NCBI GenBank assembly: GCA_013239625.1
Contig: MU056029.1
Coordinates: 496,001-560,000, forward strand
Direction of reading: 5' to 3'
From: Lama guanicoe
Taxonomy: Eukaryota
Length of the DNA stretch: 64,000 nt
Positions 49,370-61,372 of the stretch are shown here, piece by piece. Position numbers and translations under genes: made by a program. Within the stretch, counting starts at the first letter, position 1. Every line of letters begins with the position of its first letter. The notes below the pieces were generated by a model. That model searched no databases, was not told where the DNA came from, and saw only the letters and a list, made by a program, of their open reading frames with translations.

Positions 49370-50514
49370 CGTCTGCTGCAGGTTTGTAATCCCTGGAAGC
49401 TGGTGGTCCCAAGAGCTGCCTGTTAAGTGGTTTGGAGCTCGGGGGTGGGCGCACTCTGCGTCCTGGATGGGCATGGTGCCCTGGGCTGGGGAAGCCCCTC
49501 CTTGCTTCAGGAGGGCTGTCAGACTCTGAGAGGTTGTTAGGCTTTGAGCCCGTCACATTCCTTCATGCATCCAAGCTGAGGTGCTTAGAAAGCAGGCTCC
49601 CCCACCTGCCCCCCTACTCTTTCCTCCCCTCCATGGTGGGAGGAGGTATGACCACCTTGGAGAGGAGGCATTTCACACACGTGTGAGGGACCCACCCAAA
49701 TAGTGAGGCTGTAGCCATCGCATGGGCGCAGGGAATGTCCCTGGAGGTCAAAAAGGTCACCACAAAATACCTAAGGCAGTCAAAATTCAGTGCACCGTGG
49801 CGGGGGCAGGGGTGGTCTCAGCCTTTCCGCAGCAGCCCCTCTCAGGGCCGCGCCTTGGTGGGGGGTGGGCTTCAACTCGTCGGGGCCCAGCACTGGGGGC
49901 TCCAGCACTTCCCTACAGCCAGCGGACCAGTGTAGACTGGCACGGAGCATCTGAAGAACAAATGGCTTAGGGCACACACGAAAAAGTGAAAATACAGAAC
50001 GTCTGTCAAGAACCAGGACAGAATGGAGGCTACTTGTTGGGATGGGGGAGGGGGTGGAGGAGGGGGAGGAAGAGGGCTCCTTATACACTCCTCTCCCTCC
50101 TCCCCCTCCTCTCCCTCCTCCCACCTCCTTCTCGCCTTCCTCCACCTCCCTCTTTTCTGTCCACCCTTCCCTCCCCATATTCTTGAGATTAGGGTCATAG
50201 ATGAGTAATTAGGAAATATCTAGTAGAGAAGCTGAGGGCGAGTATGCAGAGTGCAGGAACACAGGATGGAAATGTCCTAATATTGACCAAAATGCCATCT
50301 GCCTGGGGGGGTGCTGAGCTTGATGGTGAACAGTGATCTCCACCAAGGATCACTTCCTGAGAGTCTGTTTTCTGCTGTAGGTAAACACATTTTGTCTGAA
50401 TACATGAAAGGGCTTACAAACACTGTTGGGCCACAGCAGAACGTAGAGCATCCATGAGTTTATCTGATTGTATTTTCTGAGTGTGAACTATGGCAATGTG
50501 CCACGTGGAGATGT

Positions 50515-50588
50515 GAGAAAGAAAGAGAGAGAGAGAGAGAGAAAGAAAGAAAGAAAAGAAAGAAAGGAAGGAAGGAAGGAAGGAAGGG
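50515..50588. repeat. (GA)n/(GAAA)n/(GGAA)n polypurine microsatellite
   Basis: Direct reading of the sequence. Confidence 0.95.
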
Positions 50589-50601
50589 TGGGCACATACC
50601 G

Positions 50602-50925
50602 TGTTGACCTGAAATATATAGTTTACAGTAAAGATTGCATTATTCAAGAACAGTAGGGAGTTGCACTTCAAGGTCCGCAACCATGAAGACCACGTGAAAG
50701 CACCTGTTCAGTAAGGGAAGGAGAAACTCTTTTATAGAAGAGAAAGGAAGATGGGAGGGCCATCCTGAACAGAGGGGCCATGGTTTCTCACTGGGGAGTC
50801 CTAGCCAGGAAAGTGGAGGGGTCTTTGCGCTTCCTGTGGGGCTCTGCTGTTGCTGCAGGATGTGAGAATGCCCCTTGCTGGTCTCCTGAGTCTATTTCAT
50901 TGATGTTTCTGTTAGTTTTCTACCA
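50602..50925 (-). mobile_element. Short ERV-type LTR
   Basis: TGTTGAC start, CTTTTATAG (minus-strand TATA), ...CTACCA end. Confidence 0.5.
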
Positions 50926-51907
50926 TAGACATTATTCTAAAGGAACTTTGGGGTTGGAGAGAGAACTTCCTGCCTGACTACCTTCCACACCTGTTGTACT
51001 GTTTCAGTTGCTTTTCTTTGCCCTTGATTAATGTGCCAGCCACCATGCTAAGTTCAAGGGCGATGAAGACTCCTACAGCAACTCTCACATCCACACTTAA
51101 CTCTAGAGAAACAGGTGCTGTCAGGGGCCAAGCCTGGAGGCAGCACCGGGTAGGATGATTTATCGAAATTAAAATTACCAGGGGAAGGAAGATAAGGATT
51201 AAGTTGATCAATTGCACATTTTTTCCCAGAGTTTTACAAATACCCTGAGTAATGTATTTACTTTTAATTGCTTTTCGCAGAATCCTTGAATTCCTGTTGG
51301 ACCCTAAAAATAGAAGTACTGAAGTCCAGACAAGACCTTTCCCCAAACAACCTGTCTGAAACCAGATTAAAATGTTATTAGCACACGTCTAGCCTGACTT
51401 CTCTTCATGAGTGAGACAGAGAAGTTCAAAGTCGTGTCTGCTAGAATAACCTCTTCAGATGACCGACACCAACACAAAGGCCAGTTCCAGTGTCCAGCGT
51501 GGTGGTGGCTGTTTGTGCTCACCAGACTTCAACTACTCGGGAAAGTCTCCGGACCTGGGCAGTCTTGGAGGTAAAGAGCAGATATGTCTCTCCCAATTTA
51601 TGACTAGACGTTGGTAGCATTTATACAGATTTCTCTGCCTTCAATGCACAAAAATAAGTCAGTCTGAATACTTTTCTTATGCAAAGGTACACTATACAAT
51701 CTTGTTTTTGTTTTTTAAATGACTCCAGCAGAAAGATCCAAAGTAATAAGCTCATCACTGAAAAGTGTTGGTTCATGCCATGTAAAAAAATGAATTCCTA
51801 TTTCAAACAAAGAAGCAGGGAAGTACTTGCTGTGTACACCAAGGAAGCTGGTAAACTGCTCAGTTATTTCTTGATTTCTAACGCGGTAACTGATGGACCA
51901 ACTTATT

Positions 51908-51990
51908 CAAAACCCAAAGGAAAGGAAAGAAAAGACCACTGTTCTGAGGCAAAACCCAAGGAAAGGAAAGAAAAGACCACTGTTCTGAGG
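51908..51990. repeat. 42/41-bp tandem duplication
   Basis: CAAAACCCAA(A)GGAAAGGAAAGAAAAGACCACTGTTCTGAGG twice, differing by one A. Confidence 0.95.
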
Positions 51991-52278
51991 CAAAAAGAAA
52001 ATTTTAGTTTCAGGTTTTGTTTTTTTTTTTCCAATTAAGATAAATTAGCTTTGTTAAGATTTAAGAATCTTTTGGGAATATTGGATGCCAGTTCGGACAT
52101 ATAATTTAAGAAAATTTGGAAAACTAGAGAAGATACAAGTTATTTGTATCAAAAGTAAAGGAGAGATCATCAACACTAATCCTATGGATATTAAATGGAT
52201 AATAAAAGTATGCCATCTATGTTTTAATTCCAGTTCAACAAAGAGGATTTGCAGCTACGTGAATGTCCCTGAAGAATG

Positions 52279-52690
52279 ACATTCTAAGTGAAGTAAGCCA
52301 GAAAGAGAAAGAAAAATACCATATGAGATCTCTTATACATGGAATCTAAAAACAAACAAACAAACAAAGCATAAATACAAAACAGAAACAGACTCATAGA
52401 CATAAAATACAAACTTGTGGTTGCCAGTGGGGAGAGGGGTGGGAAGGGACACACTGGGAGTTCAAAATTTGTAGATGCTGACAGGCAGATGTAGAATAGA
52501 TAACAAGATTATACTGTATAGCACAGGGAAATGTATACAAGATCTTGTGGTAGCTCACAGTGAAAAAGAATGTGACAATGAATATACGTATGTTTGTGTA
52601 TGACTAAAAAATTGTGCTCCACACTGGAAATTGACACAACATTGTAAACTGACTACAACTCAAGAAATTAAAATTAAAAAAAAAAAAGAG
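52279..52690 (+). mobile_element. L1 3' end (camelid type) with poly-A
   Basis: CATTCTAAGTGAAGTAAGCCAGAAAGAG...GACACAACATTGTAAACTGACTA. Confidence 0.92.
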
Positions 52691-52854
52691 GAGAAAAATA
52701 AAGTGCCTAAAGAAACTGGAGTATCATGTACTGAGCTCTGGAGTGAACTGAGTTTTTTTTTTAAACAAAAAAGTTTCCTAGACTAGTAACTAGTAACCTA
52801 GACTAGACTGGTAACCCAGTAACTAGTAACCAGTAACCTAGACTAATAACTAGT

Positions 52855-53110
52855 TGTATGGACTCACAACTAGGCCTTTTGTAAAGTATTTCCAGGTCAG
52901 GCTAAAGAACATGTGCTGACTGCTGGTTGGTGATGTTACCCCAGGGCCCTGGTCACTCGATGGGGGTCTGTCTTGGGAGCCCCCGTGGAGGTTTTTGGGG
53001 CTCAGTCCTTGGCCATTTCCTGCTCAATATTTTTATCCATGATTTAGAAACACCCACATTAAGCATCTCAAATTTGTGGGTCAGTGTGGTAGATGAAACC
53101 AGGTTAGAAA
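52855..53110 (+). mobile_element. CR1/L3 LINE reverse-transcriptase relic
   Basis: ORF 52927-53193 contains GSVLGHFLLNIFIHDL, matching the CR1-clade RT motif GSVLGPxLFNIFINDL. Confidence 0.7.
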
Positions 53111-54642
53111 AGCTAATCCTTGAAGCTGGAACATGGATCTGTGAGGGATTTATTATACTGTTCCATCCTTCTGCTGATTTGAAATGTCCATAATAATTTA
53201 AAAAACCCAACTGGAAGGAGAAAGAAAAGAATCATTGCTGTTACCTGTCCTATTAGCCGATTTTTATATTTTCAAATGAATTATTCTTTAACTGTTGTGT
53301 GTGTATCTTGCCTTTGGAATCTAGTTCCTATACGATCTCATATTAGGATCAGTCCTGAGAGAACCAGTAAGGAAACCAATAAGGACTGGACGTTTGGAAA
53401 AGTCTGGGATTGGGAGAGCCAAGAACTAGTATCTCCTCTAAGAATAGAAATGTTCTCTTTCCTTCCAAAGACACACAATTGGACGAGGCTATTAAACTAC
53501 ACTACTGGGTTAAATTCAACTCACAGAGAGATAGGACATTCTAGAATATCCCTAATAAATACTGAAGGACTTAATTGCAACGGAAACCAACATCAAAACA
53601 TAAGAAGCATATAGCCAAGAGGAAGTCACATACAGTTAAATGGCTAGGAAAACACATTTGCTTAAATGGCGATGTGTCTTAAGTATTGTACTGTGAAATT
53701 TCAATTAGGAGCTGAGTGCTGTGAAATGGGCTGTGCTGGAGGACTTTGACCAGCGTTAGATGTGCACTACGATTTTCCAAGTGTGATGCAGACGGAGAGT
53801 TCAGGATGAAAACTGGTATTTTGTTTGGATTAGAGTCTAAACGTCGTGACGCCTTTCAGAGGGGCAAGCTCTCTGCCATGGGGGAGGAGACTGGGGCACC
53901 TGTTTATACACGTGATGTACGAAATGTGCAAGATGTTGTGTAAAGTGTCAGGCTGGGAGGAGCACAGAAGGTGAGAAAGGTCCCAGAGACCCGACACCCT
54001 TGAGTTTCCTTAATGAAAAGAAACAGACTTCATTACGGTCGCTTCAGGCGGGTTTATCATTTGAAACAGGAGCGCTGGGGGTGCAGAGTTAAGGTAAACT
54101 GGTAAGCCGCTGCTTCACTGTACGTCGCAGCGGTCCTAAAAGCAGCCGCTCTGGGATGGATTGCCGTAAGGACGTCGCTCCCTCAAATGCTTCTTCGGCT
54201 CTGTCTCCTGGAGCCTGGGAGGGGAAGGAGTGGTTTTGTTGCAAGAATGTGCTTAGAGTTGATGAATTTAGTCAAGATTATGGCTCTGCCCCCTGCTTTG
54301 AGATCCCAAGATGGCACTGCCTGAAAGGACCTAACGTTGCCGCCAGTGTGGAGACCGTCACCACCATCTTGCTGGGGATAACATGGAAGACTAGTCACCG
54401 CCAAGTTAGTCTTCCATCCATAGGCTGGAACGCAGCTTTAAGTCTGCTTTCAGGGTCCATGCAGCCAGCATCTCTTGCCAGGCATTAGAGGGTGTTGATA
54501 AAACAAGGATTATGCATATGTTTCTAGTCTCAGGAGGGAAGAGCGTGGTGTAGAAGGAAATGTGGGATTTGGAATCTGAGTTATTGGAGTTCAAATTCAA
54601 TTCTGTGGCTCAAGAGCTGTGTGAATGTGGGCTGACTTAATT

Positions 54643-54999
54643 ACATCCTAGTGCGCTCAGACTGCTGTAACAGAATGCCATTGACTGGGTGGCTTAAACA
54701 ACATTTATTCTCACTGTTCTGGAGGCTGGAAGTGCAGGATTCAGTTCCTGGTGAACGCTCTTTTGCAGACAGATTGTCTTCTTGCTGCAACCTTATGTGG
54801 TGGAGAAAAAAAAGGGCTCTGACCTCTTTTTCTTCTCTTCAGGGCATTAATGCTATACTGGGTGCTCCTGGGTACATCCAGGGTGACCTATGGCCTAATT
54901 ACCTCCTAAAGGCCCCACCTCCAAGTGCATCATATAGGGGGTTGGGCTTCCACATATGAATTCTGGGGGTGGGGGAACGGAAACATTCAGTTTATCACA
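54643..54999 (-). mobile_element. MLT1 (MaLR) solo LTR inside a MIR relic
   Basis: CTGCTGTAACAGAATGCC...CTGGGTGGCTTAAACAAC...AAACATTCAG. Confidence 0.8.
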
Positions 55000-55626
55000 A
55001 TCACTTTTAGCTTCAGTTTTGCAATGGGAAAAAGAAGAACATATGTCATGAAGACTAAATCATGAAGTTAGCCAAAGTCCTGCTCATAAGCTGGTTTCCT
55101 CTCACAGAGCTCCGAGATGGATCACACTGTGACACACTTCACCTTGGACACCTCTAGTCACCACCTGCTTGCTGTGGGACACCGCCCTCATGCCATGGAT
55201 GGTTCTCTGGACACCCACAGTCGGCCCCTCCTCCCCTGCAGTGCTGCAGCCCTGGGGACCGTCACTGCCCCACAGTGCCGCGTGGGTGGGCCACGCCTGG
55301 TCGTGCCTCAGGCTAGCCCCACACTCGGAAGAACACAGCCACACGTGTGTAAGCTTGGGGGGCTTTTAGTCTGTTGGAGAACAAATGCCTTTCGGACTGA
55401 TCTAAAACGGTTCACCACAATAGTATGTTGACCTTTTCTCAAGTTTCTCCAAACAGATTACTCCGCTGTAGGCTCTGTGCTGACTGTAGCCGCCGGGTTA
55501 GGGAGACCTTCAACACGGCCAGAGATGGGTTCGTCTTTCATCTTTCTCAGTTAATGTGCTTGCTTCTTAGCTATCTATAGAAAAAGCTTCTGCATTACAA
55601 ATCATTTAAAAATACATTGTCTAAGT

Positions 55627-55841
55627 GGGGAGGGTATAGCCCAGGGGTAGAGTGTGCGCTTAGCATGCATGAGGTCCTGGATTCAATCCCCAGTGCCTCT
55701 ATTAAAAATAATAATAATACATAAAAATAAAACCTAATTACCTCCCCACATCAAAAAAAAATAGGATTAAATACTGGGCTTTAAAAAGGAAAAAATACAG
55801 AGGAAAAAGAATAAGAAAAATCTAAAAATGAAAAAGTTAAA
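55627..55841 (+). mobile_element. vic-1-type SINE with an extended tail
   Basis: GGGGAGGGTATAGCCCAGGGGTAGAG head. TSD AAAAATACATTGTCTAA / AAAAATATTGTCTAA. Confidence 0.92.
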
Positions 55842-55853
55842 AAAAATATTGTC

Positions 55854-56055
55854 TAAACAATAAGTTTATACTGTATAGCACAGGCAACTCTGTTTAATAT
55901 CTTGTAGTAACTTATGGTGAAAAAGAATATGAAAATGAATATATGCATGTATACGTATGACTGAAACATTATTCTGTACACCAGAAATTGACACAACACT
56001 GTAAACTGACTATACTTCAATAAAAATTTTTTTAAAAATTACACTGAAAAAAAAA
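55854..56055 (+). mobile_element. L1 3' end (camelid type)
   Basis: AAGTTTATACTGTATAGCACAGG...GTAAACTGACTATACTTCAATAAAA. Confidence 0.92.
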
Positions 56056-58416
56056 ACACATTGTTCAAATGTCTGTTCCCAGACTTGGATCACTCTTTCT
56101 GTAGAAGCATTGTGACAAATGACATGATGTTGAGTTAATCCTTATGTCCAGTTCGGGGTTTGTCCAGGCTTTATAGGCTGAAGGTTCAATAAATGTCTTG
56201 TGAATGAATGAATGAGAGAATGAATGAATGAACAATTAAGTACCTGTACCTCACCATCCCCAGTTACCATGGAGACAGAGGTTAGAGAGATAGGGAGGCA
56301 GTCTCTGTCTGCCCTGAACGTGCAACTCAGATTCAGGAGGCAAGTACACCCCCTGGATTTAGCAGTGGCCAAAAGCACAGACTCCCTGTACCTATCAGAT
56401 GTGAAGAAGCAATACTTTATTTTCCTACCATTTTGTTTCATAAAAACAGCAACATTCCTTATTGAAGATGGTATGGAGTGTTTGTCATGTTCTGGGAGAT
56501 TAATTTGTTTTCACAAAGTGGAAGTCAGACAAAGAAAGGATAATCTAGCTGAAAGCAAACACTAAATATCACCAGGCGAGCTGTAGTCTTTGATACAAAT
56601 AAACAGTCACACAGACCATGAACACATCCCAGCCTTGACACACCATTAGGGAAGCATTGCTTATGGCAACCAGAAGACCCTGCTCTTTCATAGCTGGACC
56701 TCTTATGGCACGTTTCCATGGTGACTGAAATGCCACCCTCTCAACACACCATCGTTCCGAGCAGGAGCTAATGAACAAAAGCAGCCAGGGGATTATTGCA
56801 GAAAAATCAAAATTCCTTCTTCTTTTTCCTTCCTTTCTCTCAAACCTCAGTTTGCTCAAAGCAGAGAGTGGGAATAAGTTGAAGTGGAAACATCCTGTGA
56901 ATTTCAAATCATATTCTGCTGAGATTTTTTTACGGATTTTTTTGAATTTGAGGTTCTGTGTCTGTAATTCCAGTGATTAAAATTGCACGATGGGTTTCTA
57001 AGGGAGACAATGGCTGGTTAGGAAGACAAACTTGGGTCCAGCACGTGGCCACAGGAGGAGCTTGTGAGCAAGGCTGACTGTGCTGGCTGACTCGTGTTTG
57101 ATGGTCTGGAGGGCGGAGGGTGTCCCACATCATTGTCGAAAACCTGACATTTAGGAGGGCTGCACTTTGCTTTTGCATCCTGAGGGAAGGATAAAACCTT
57201 GTTTTAACAGCACATGGATGTGCTTAAGTTGGAAATGAATATTTAAACCACATACTTGTGTGATCAATACATGATTTCTGTGTAAGCAGTAATGATCACC
57301 AGGGAAGTTAGGTGCCAAGGCAGGGTCGTGAGAGCTGCACCCACGTTGTGCCTCATGCAGTCCTTACAAAATTCCCAAAGATAAACAGAATATAAACGTA
57401 AAACTATGCCTGATGAACAGATGAGACATTGAGTTTGGGAACCTGGTAAAGTCACTTAGAAAGACTCTGGTCCTTAAGTTGATGCGCTCTCTCCCAAGAC
57501 AGACCACCTCCTTCATCTTCACTACACTTTGGAACACCTCAGGAGAGAATGCATGGCACGGAGAATGTATTCAAGAGCCTAACTCTCAAAAGCCTCTCTC
57601 GCCAACCGCAAAGTAGCTTCTGTAATCTCCTGTTGGGACGCATGCTTCCTTCTTGGCTGCTGCCTCAGGCAGCGGTGTAATCAAATTGTGTCTTGAACCT
57701 TGATGCTCAGGTTAACAGCAGGTCTAGAAGGACCATCTTGCAGTAATAAAATACGGTTAGCTGCCTAGTCATAGTACAAGGCTGTGGAAGGAGACGGTGG
57801 TGGTCCCAAGGTCTAAGTGCCTTCTTCCAGCTTCTAAGACTCTTAGAGATTGGTGGAAAGTTAGAATCACAAGGTCAGCGTGGAAGCAGGGACTCAAGAA
57901 GCCATCCATCATTTCAGCTTTCCTTTTCCACTGGACCTCGAAATCCCATGGCCTGGGACTGCACAAGGGACTTCTCCAACATCCCTGAAACAGCCGGTGA
58001 GAAATGTGCTCCTCCGTTCAGCGGAGTGGAGAGCCATGCTTGAGCACCTGGATTAGACCAGCCCCATGAAAGAGCCACTTTGTCTTATAACTGTAAAAAC
58101 ACAGCAGTTGGGAGCTAGAAGCGGCTTCCAAAATCATGTAGCGAAACCCTGTAATTTTGCCGATGAGTTTGCAGAACCTGAAAGCTTGCTGGCTCTGCCC
58201 ATGGTTGTGAAGTTGGCCCATGGCATATGGCTGCATCGCACACAGCGGGCTGCCTCCCCCCGAGCCCTGGGAGTGACAGCTGCTCATGCCTGTCTGCGGT
58301 GGCGCAAGAGCCCGTCCGCCGGCCGCATGTCCGGGTAGCACAGTTTCTGGGTTTTCAGATGTGTTTCTGTTCTGCCCTCTAGAAGGCCTGTAAGTGTGAA
58401 TGGTTTAAGGCATACA

Positions 58417-58875
58417 CAGGTAATTCTCATTATTCAAGGCAGTTACGTTCTATGAAGTCACTGAATTAACGACTTCTGAGCGTCATCCCTCCGGGGGATA
58501 TTCAGGGCCAGGTTCCCGTGAGCCTCTGGCCGTAACATTTTCATCAACTGATCAATACATAAGCTGGTTTTCCGTGTGTTTCTGTTGAAAGACACCTCAT
58601 TGAACGTAACTGTTCATTCATTAACAGTGAACTCACGGCCGCAGCCCTGCCGCTGGGGCCTGAGAGGAGCCCACCTGACACCCGTCATTTCTCTGTCCTC
58701 ACAGCTTTCTCGCGCGTAGAGACACTTCAGCACTGCGCTTGGGGACATTTTAAACAGCGGAATTGCCAACAGGAAGCACACAACGTGAAAACCATGGCCC
58801 CAAGTAGACCAGAAAAAGGGCACATGCTTACAGGGTGGGCTGAAACCGGACAGCCGAGGTTGCTTTGCTCCAGCC
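58417..58875 (-). mobile_element. MER82-like Tigger (Tc1/mariner) element
   Basis: ATTCTCATTATTC...GTGAGCCTCTGG...CAACTGATCAATACATAA...CACTTCAGCACTGCGCTTGGGG...ATTTTAAACAGCG. Confidence 0.8.
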
Positions 58876-58979
58876 CAGTGAAGGAGGGCTTTTTTTTTTT
58901 TTTAACTCTTTTCAATAATAAAAGACCCCCTTGATAGACTCTTTCGCCGATTCACAAAGTAGGTCTGGCATATGTTAAT

Positions 58980-59700
58980 CAGTGAAATTAACTGACCATA
59001 AATTCCAAGATAAACCTCATGTTTCTTATGTGCCGGCTGCTTAGCGTGGTGCAGAGAGGGGAAAGGTCCAGGACACGACGTCGCTCTCCGGGAGCTCCCC
59101 CAATGGGCCAGTGTGACAGATGCAAGGACAGGAGAAGGTCGACTTACTCATTAGGGGCAGAGAAAAGTGTTGGAATCTGGGGAAGATCGCCCCTGAGCTG
59201 GATCTTGAAAGACACAGGGAATGGGGATGGGGGAGGCTGCAAAAATCCAGGTTCGCGGGACCAGCCCTCCGCAGCGATGCTGGCCCGGAGGGCCGAGCAG
59301 GTCGCGGAACGCCTTCTGCGGAATTCTAAATTTGGACTTTACACCAGAAACGCCGCGAGATATTATTTAAACAATGTCTTCCAGGGGAAGGTGTAAGTGA
59401 CACACTCTGTTTTGAATTCCAGACAGGTCCCTCTGATTGCTGGTTGGAAAAAAAGTATTGTAAGTAGACGGGGATAATGATAAAGGCAGGCAACCTATAT
59501 TAGGGGGCGCTCATTCACTAGTTTGTATTGTAGTTCACTTCTTTGCTCCTCATTCATTCGGCATTCAATTAATGCGTATTCTTTGAGGGTGTTCGTAAAG
59601 TTCCACGCTTTGGGGATTCGGCAGCAAGACAGCCAGGACGCACTGTCTTTGATGAGTTCTGTTCTAGAGAAGGAGATGGCAAAACCAGTACGTGCTGACT
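58980..59700 (-). mobile_element. L2 LINE relics (two fragments)
   Basis: TGAGCTGGATCTTGAAAGA and TCATTCATTCGGCATTCAATTAATGCGTATT tail motifs. Confidence 0.5.
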
Positions 59701-61009
59701 TCGTGTCCATGTGTGGTGTTCTGGGCCCTTCGCGTGGCATGCTTGAAAGAGCCCTTCAGATCAGGATGATTTCCATCCCAGTGGTGGGAGAGCCGCAGTG
59801 CAAGGAGGTGGTAAAGCCGGTCTTGGAACCTGTAATTTCATCCCAAAGGCGGCGCTAGGCGGCGGGGGTGCCGCTGGTGGGAGGGCGCGCGGAAAGACTA
59901 GCTGGCAGGGAGGCCGGCTGGTGACTGAGAAGGGGCAGAGGGACAGCGGGAATCTGCAGCAACGATGCCTCTGCTGGGCCCATTGCCCAACCAGCCCCAC
60001 TGCTGCCCGGAGCACACCCAGCTCCTCCGGAGAATCTAGGTCCTGAGCGCCCCATGCGCACCCAGGGGAGGCTGGGGTTTGGGGTCTGCAGAGGGAGGGT
60101 CTGGGAGTTTTAGAAACTCCCCAGGTCATTCTAATGTGAAGACAGGATTGAGGAACCAAGTCCGCAGCGTTTCCCTATCCACTGCCTGCAGCCAGTTCAG
60201 AGCAGGAGGCCTGGAGCCGTTAGGGAGACTGCAACCCGCCACGTGTGCGTCATTACAGACTGAAATGCGATTCCTGGATGTTTGATACCATTCCTTAGAT
60301 TTGAGGGTGCCCTGGATTTTGCAAATAGAATTTTCATGAGAAAGAGGAAAGTTGCATCTTTTTACCCCACAAAAACTTAACTGGTTCACGACTTAAGGTC
60401 CGTACCGGGGTCTCTTCTGAGATTTGAGCATCTGACGGCGCACACAGGAGACAGATCAGCTAGCCCCGCCACCCTGTCGTCGCCGCGCCCCTCCCTCGCT
60501 CCTTCCTGCCAGCCTCCCGAATCACTGAGTTGTGCACATTGGAAAATCAGCCTGTGGCTTCCGTGAGGAGAAATCACCCACAGATGTGGATTTCCATGGA
60601 AAACAAACGCAAAGTGCAACAGGAAGGAAAGGACGCAGAAACGAGACCCCACCGCCTTGTTTTCACCAGCGTCACCGGGTCTCCTTGTCGCCCCTCCCCT
60701 TTCTTTTAGCGTGGGCCTTTTTCCATCAGAGTGGTGGTTTTTCTTTTCTCCTGGTGGGGTTCTAGGAGTTTAGTTCACTCAGTCTCGAAAAGGATGTTGT
60801 GTTTAGAGTGCTTACCTTCGTGAAAAGCTATTATATGGAAAGGGTGGCCATTTTCTCATTATTACTAAAGAAAGACAAGAAAAGGAAACTTTATCCCAGT
60901 AGAATAAACACAGATAGCCTTTAAAGAAGAATTTCCCAGTTGATAGAACTGGTTATAAAATAGAGATTGTACGGATAACTCTGGGAGCTCCTTTAATTGT
61001 GAAATAGCA

Positions 61010-61372
61010 CGTGAGTCTGCAAGGACAGGACGGCAAGATGCCACAGACTGGGGACCTTAAACAATGGACATTTATGTTGTCTTCTGGAGGCTAGATTTCT
61101 GAGATCTAGGTGTCGGCAGATTTGGGTCCTTCTGAGGCCTCTCTCCGTGACTGGCAGACAGCCGCCTTATCCTGGGTCCTCACATGGTCAGTGCTCTGTG
61201 TGTGAATGCTGTGTCCAAGTCTCCTCTTCTTCTAAGGACACCAGCCCACTCTAACGGCCTCCTTTTAACTTAATTACCTCTTTAAAGGTCCAATCTCCAA
61301 ACACAGTCACATTCTGAGGTACTGAGGGTTAGGGGTTCAACATATGAATTTTAGGGGATCCAACCCATAACA
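61010..61372 (-). mobile_element. MLT1 (MaLR, MLT1B/C-like) solo LTR
   Basis: CACAGACTGGGG...AAGGACACCAG...CACATTCTGAGGTACTG...CAACCCATAACA. Confidence 0.85.

Noticed and set aside
51304..51313. MEF2 consensus CTAAAAATAG
   Set aside because: A single AT-rich 10-mer without supporting context; plausible by chance.
52777..52854. CRISPR-like array or other prokaryotic defence system
   Set aside because: No constant repeat with unique spacers, no cas-like ORF, and the context is mammalian.
53276..53614. 112-aa ATG-initiated ORF, considered as an endogenous viral fragment
   Set aside because: No recognisable viral or cellular motif, and the length is within chance expectation. A BLASTp/HHpred search would settle it.
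2026..55841. tRNA-Ala genes
   Set aside because: The tRNA-like heads all continue into an A-rich SINE tail, most with TSDs. They are SINEs, not tRNA genes.
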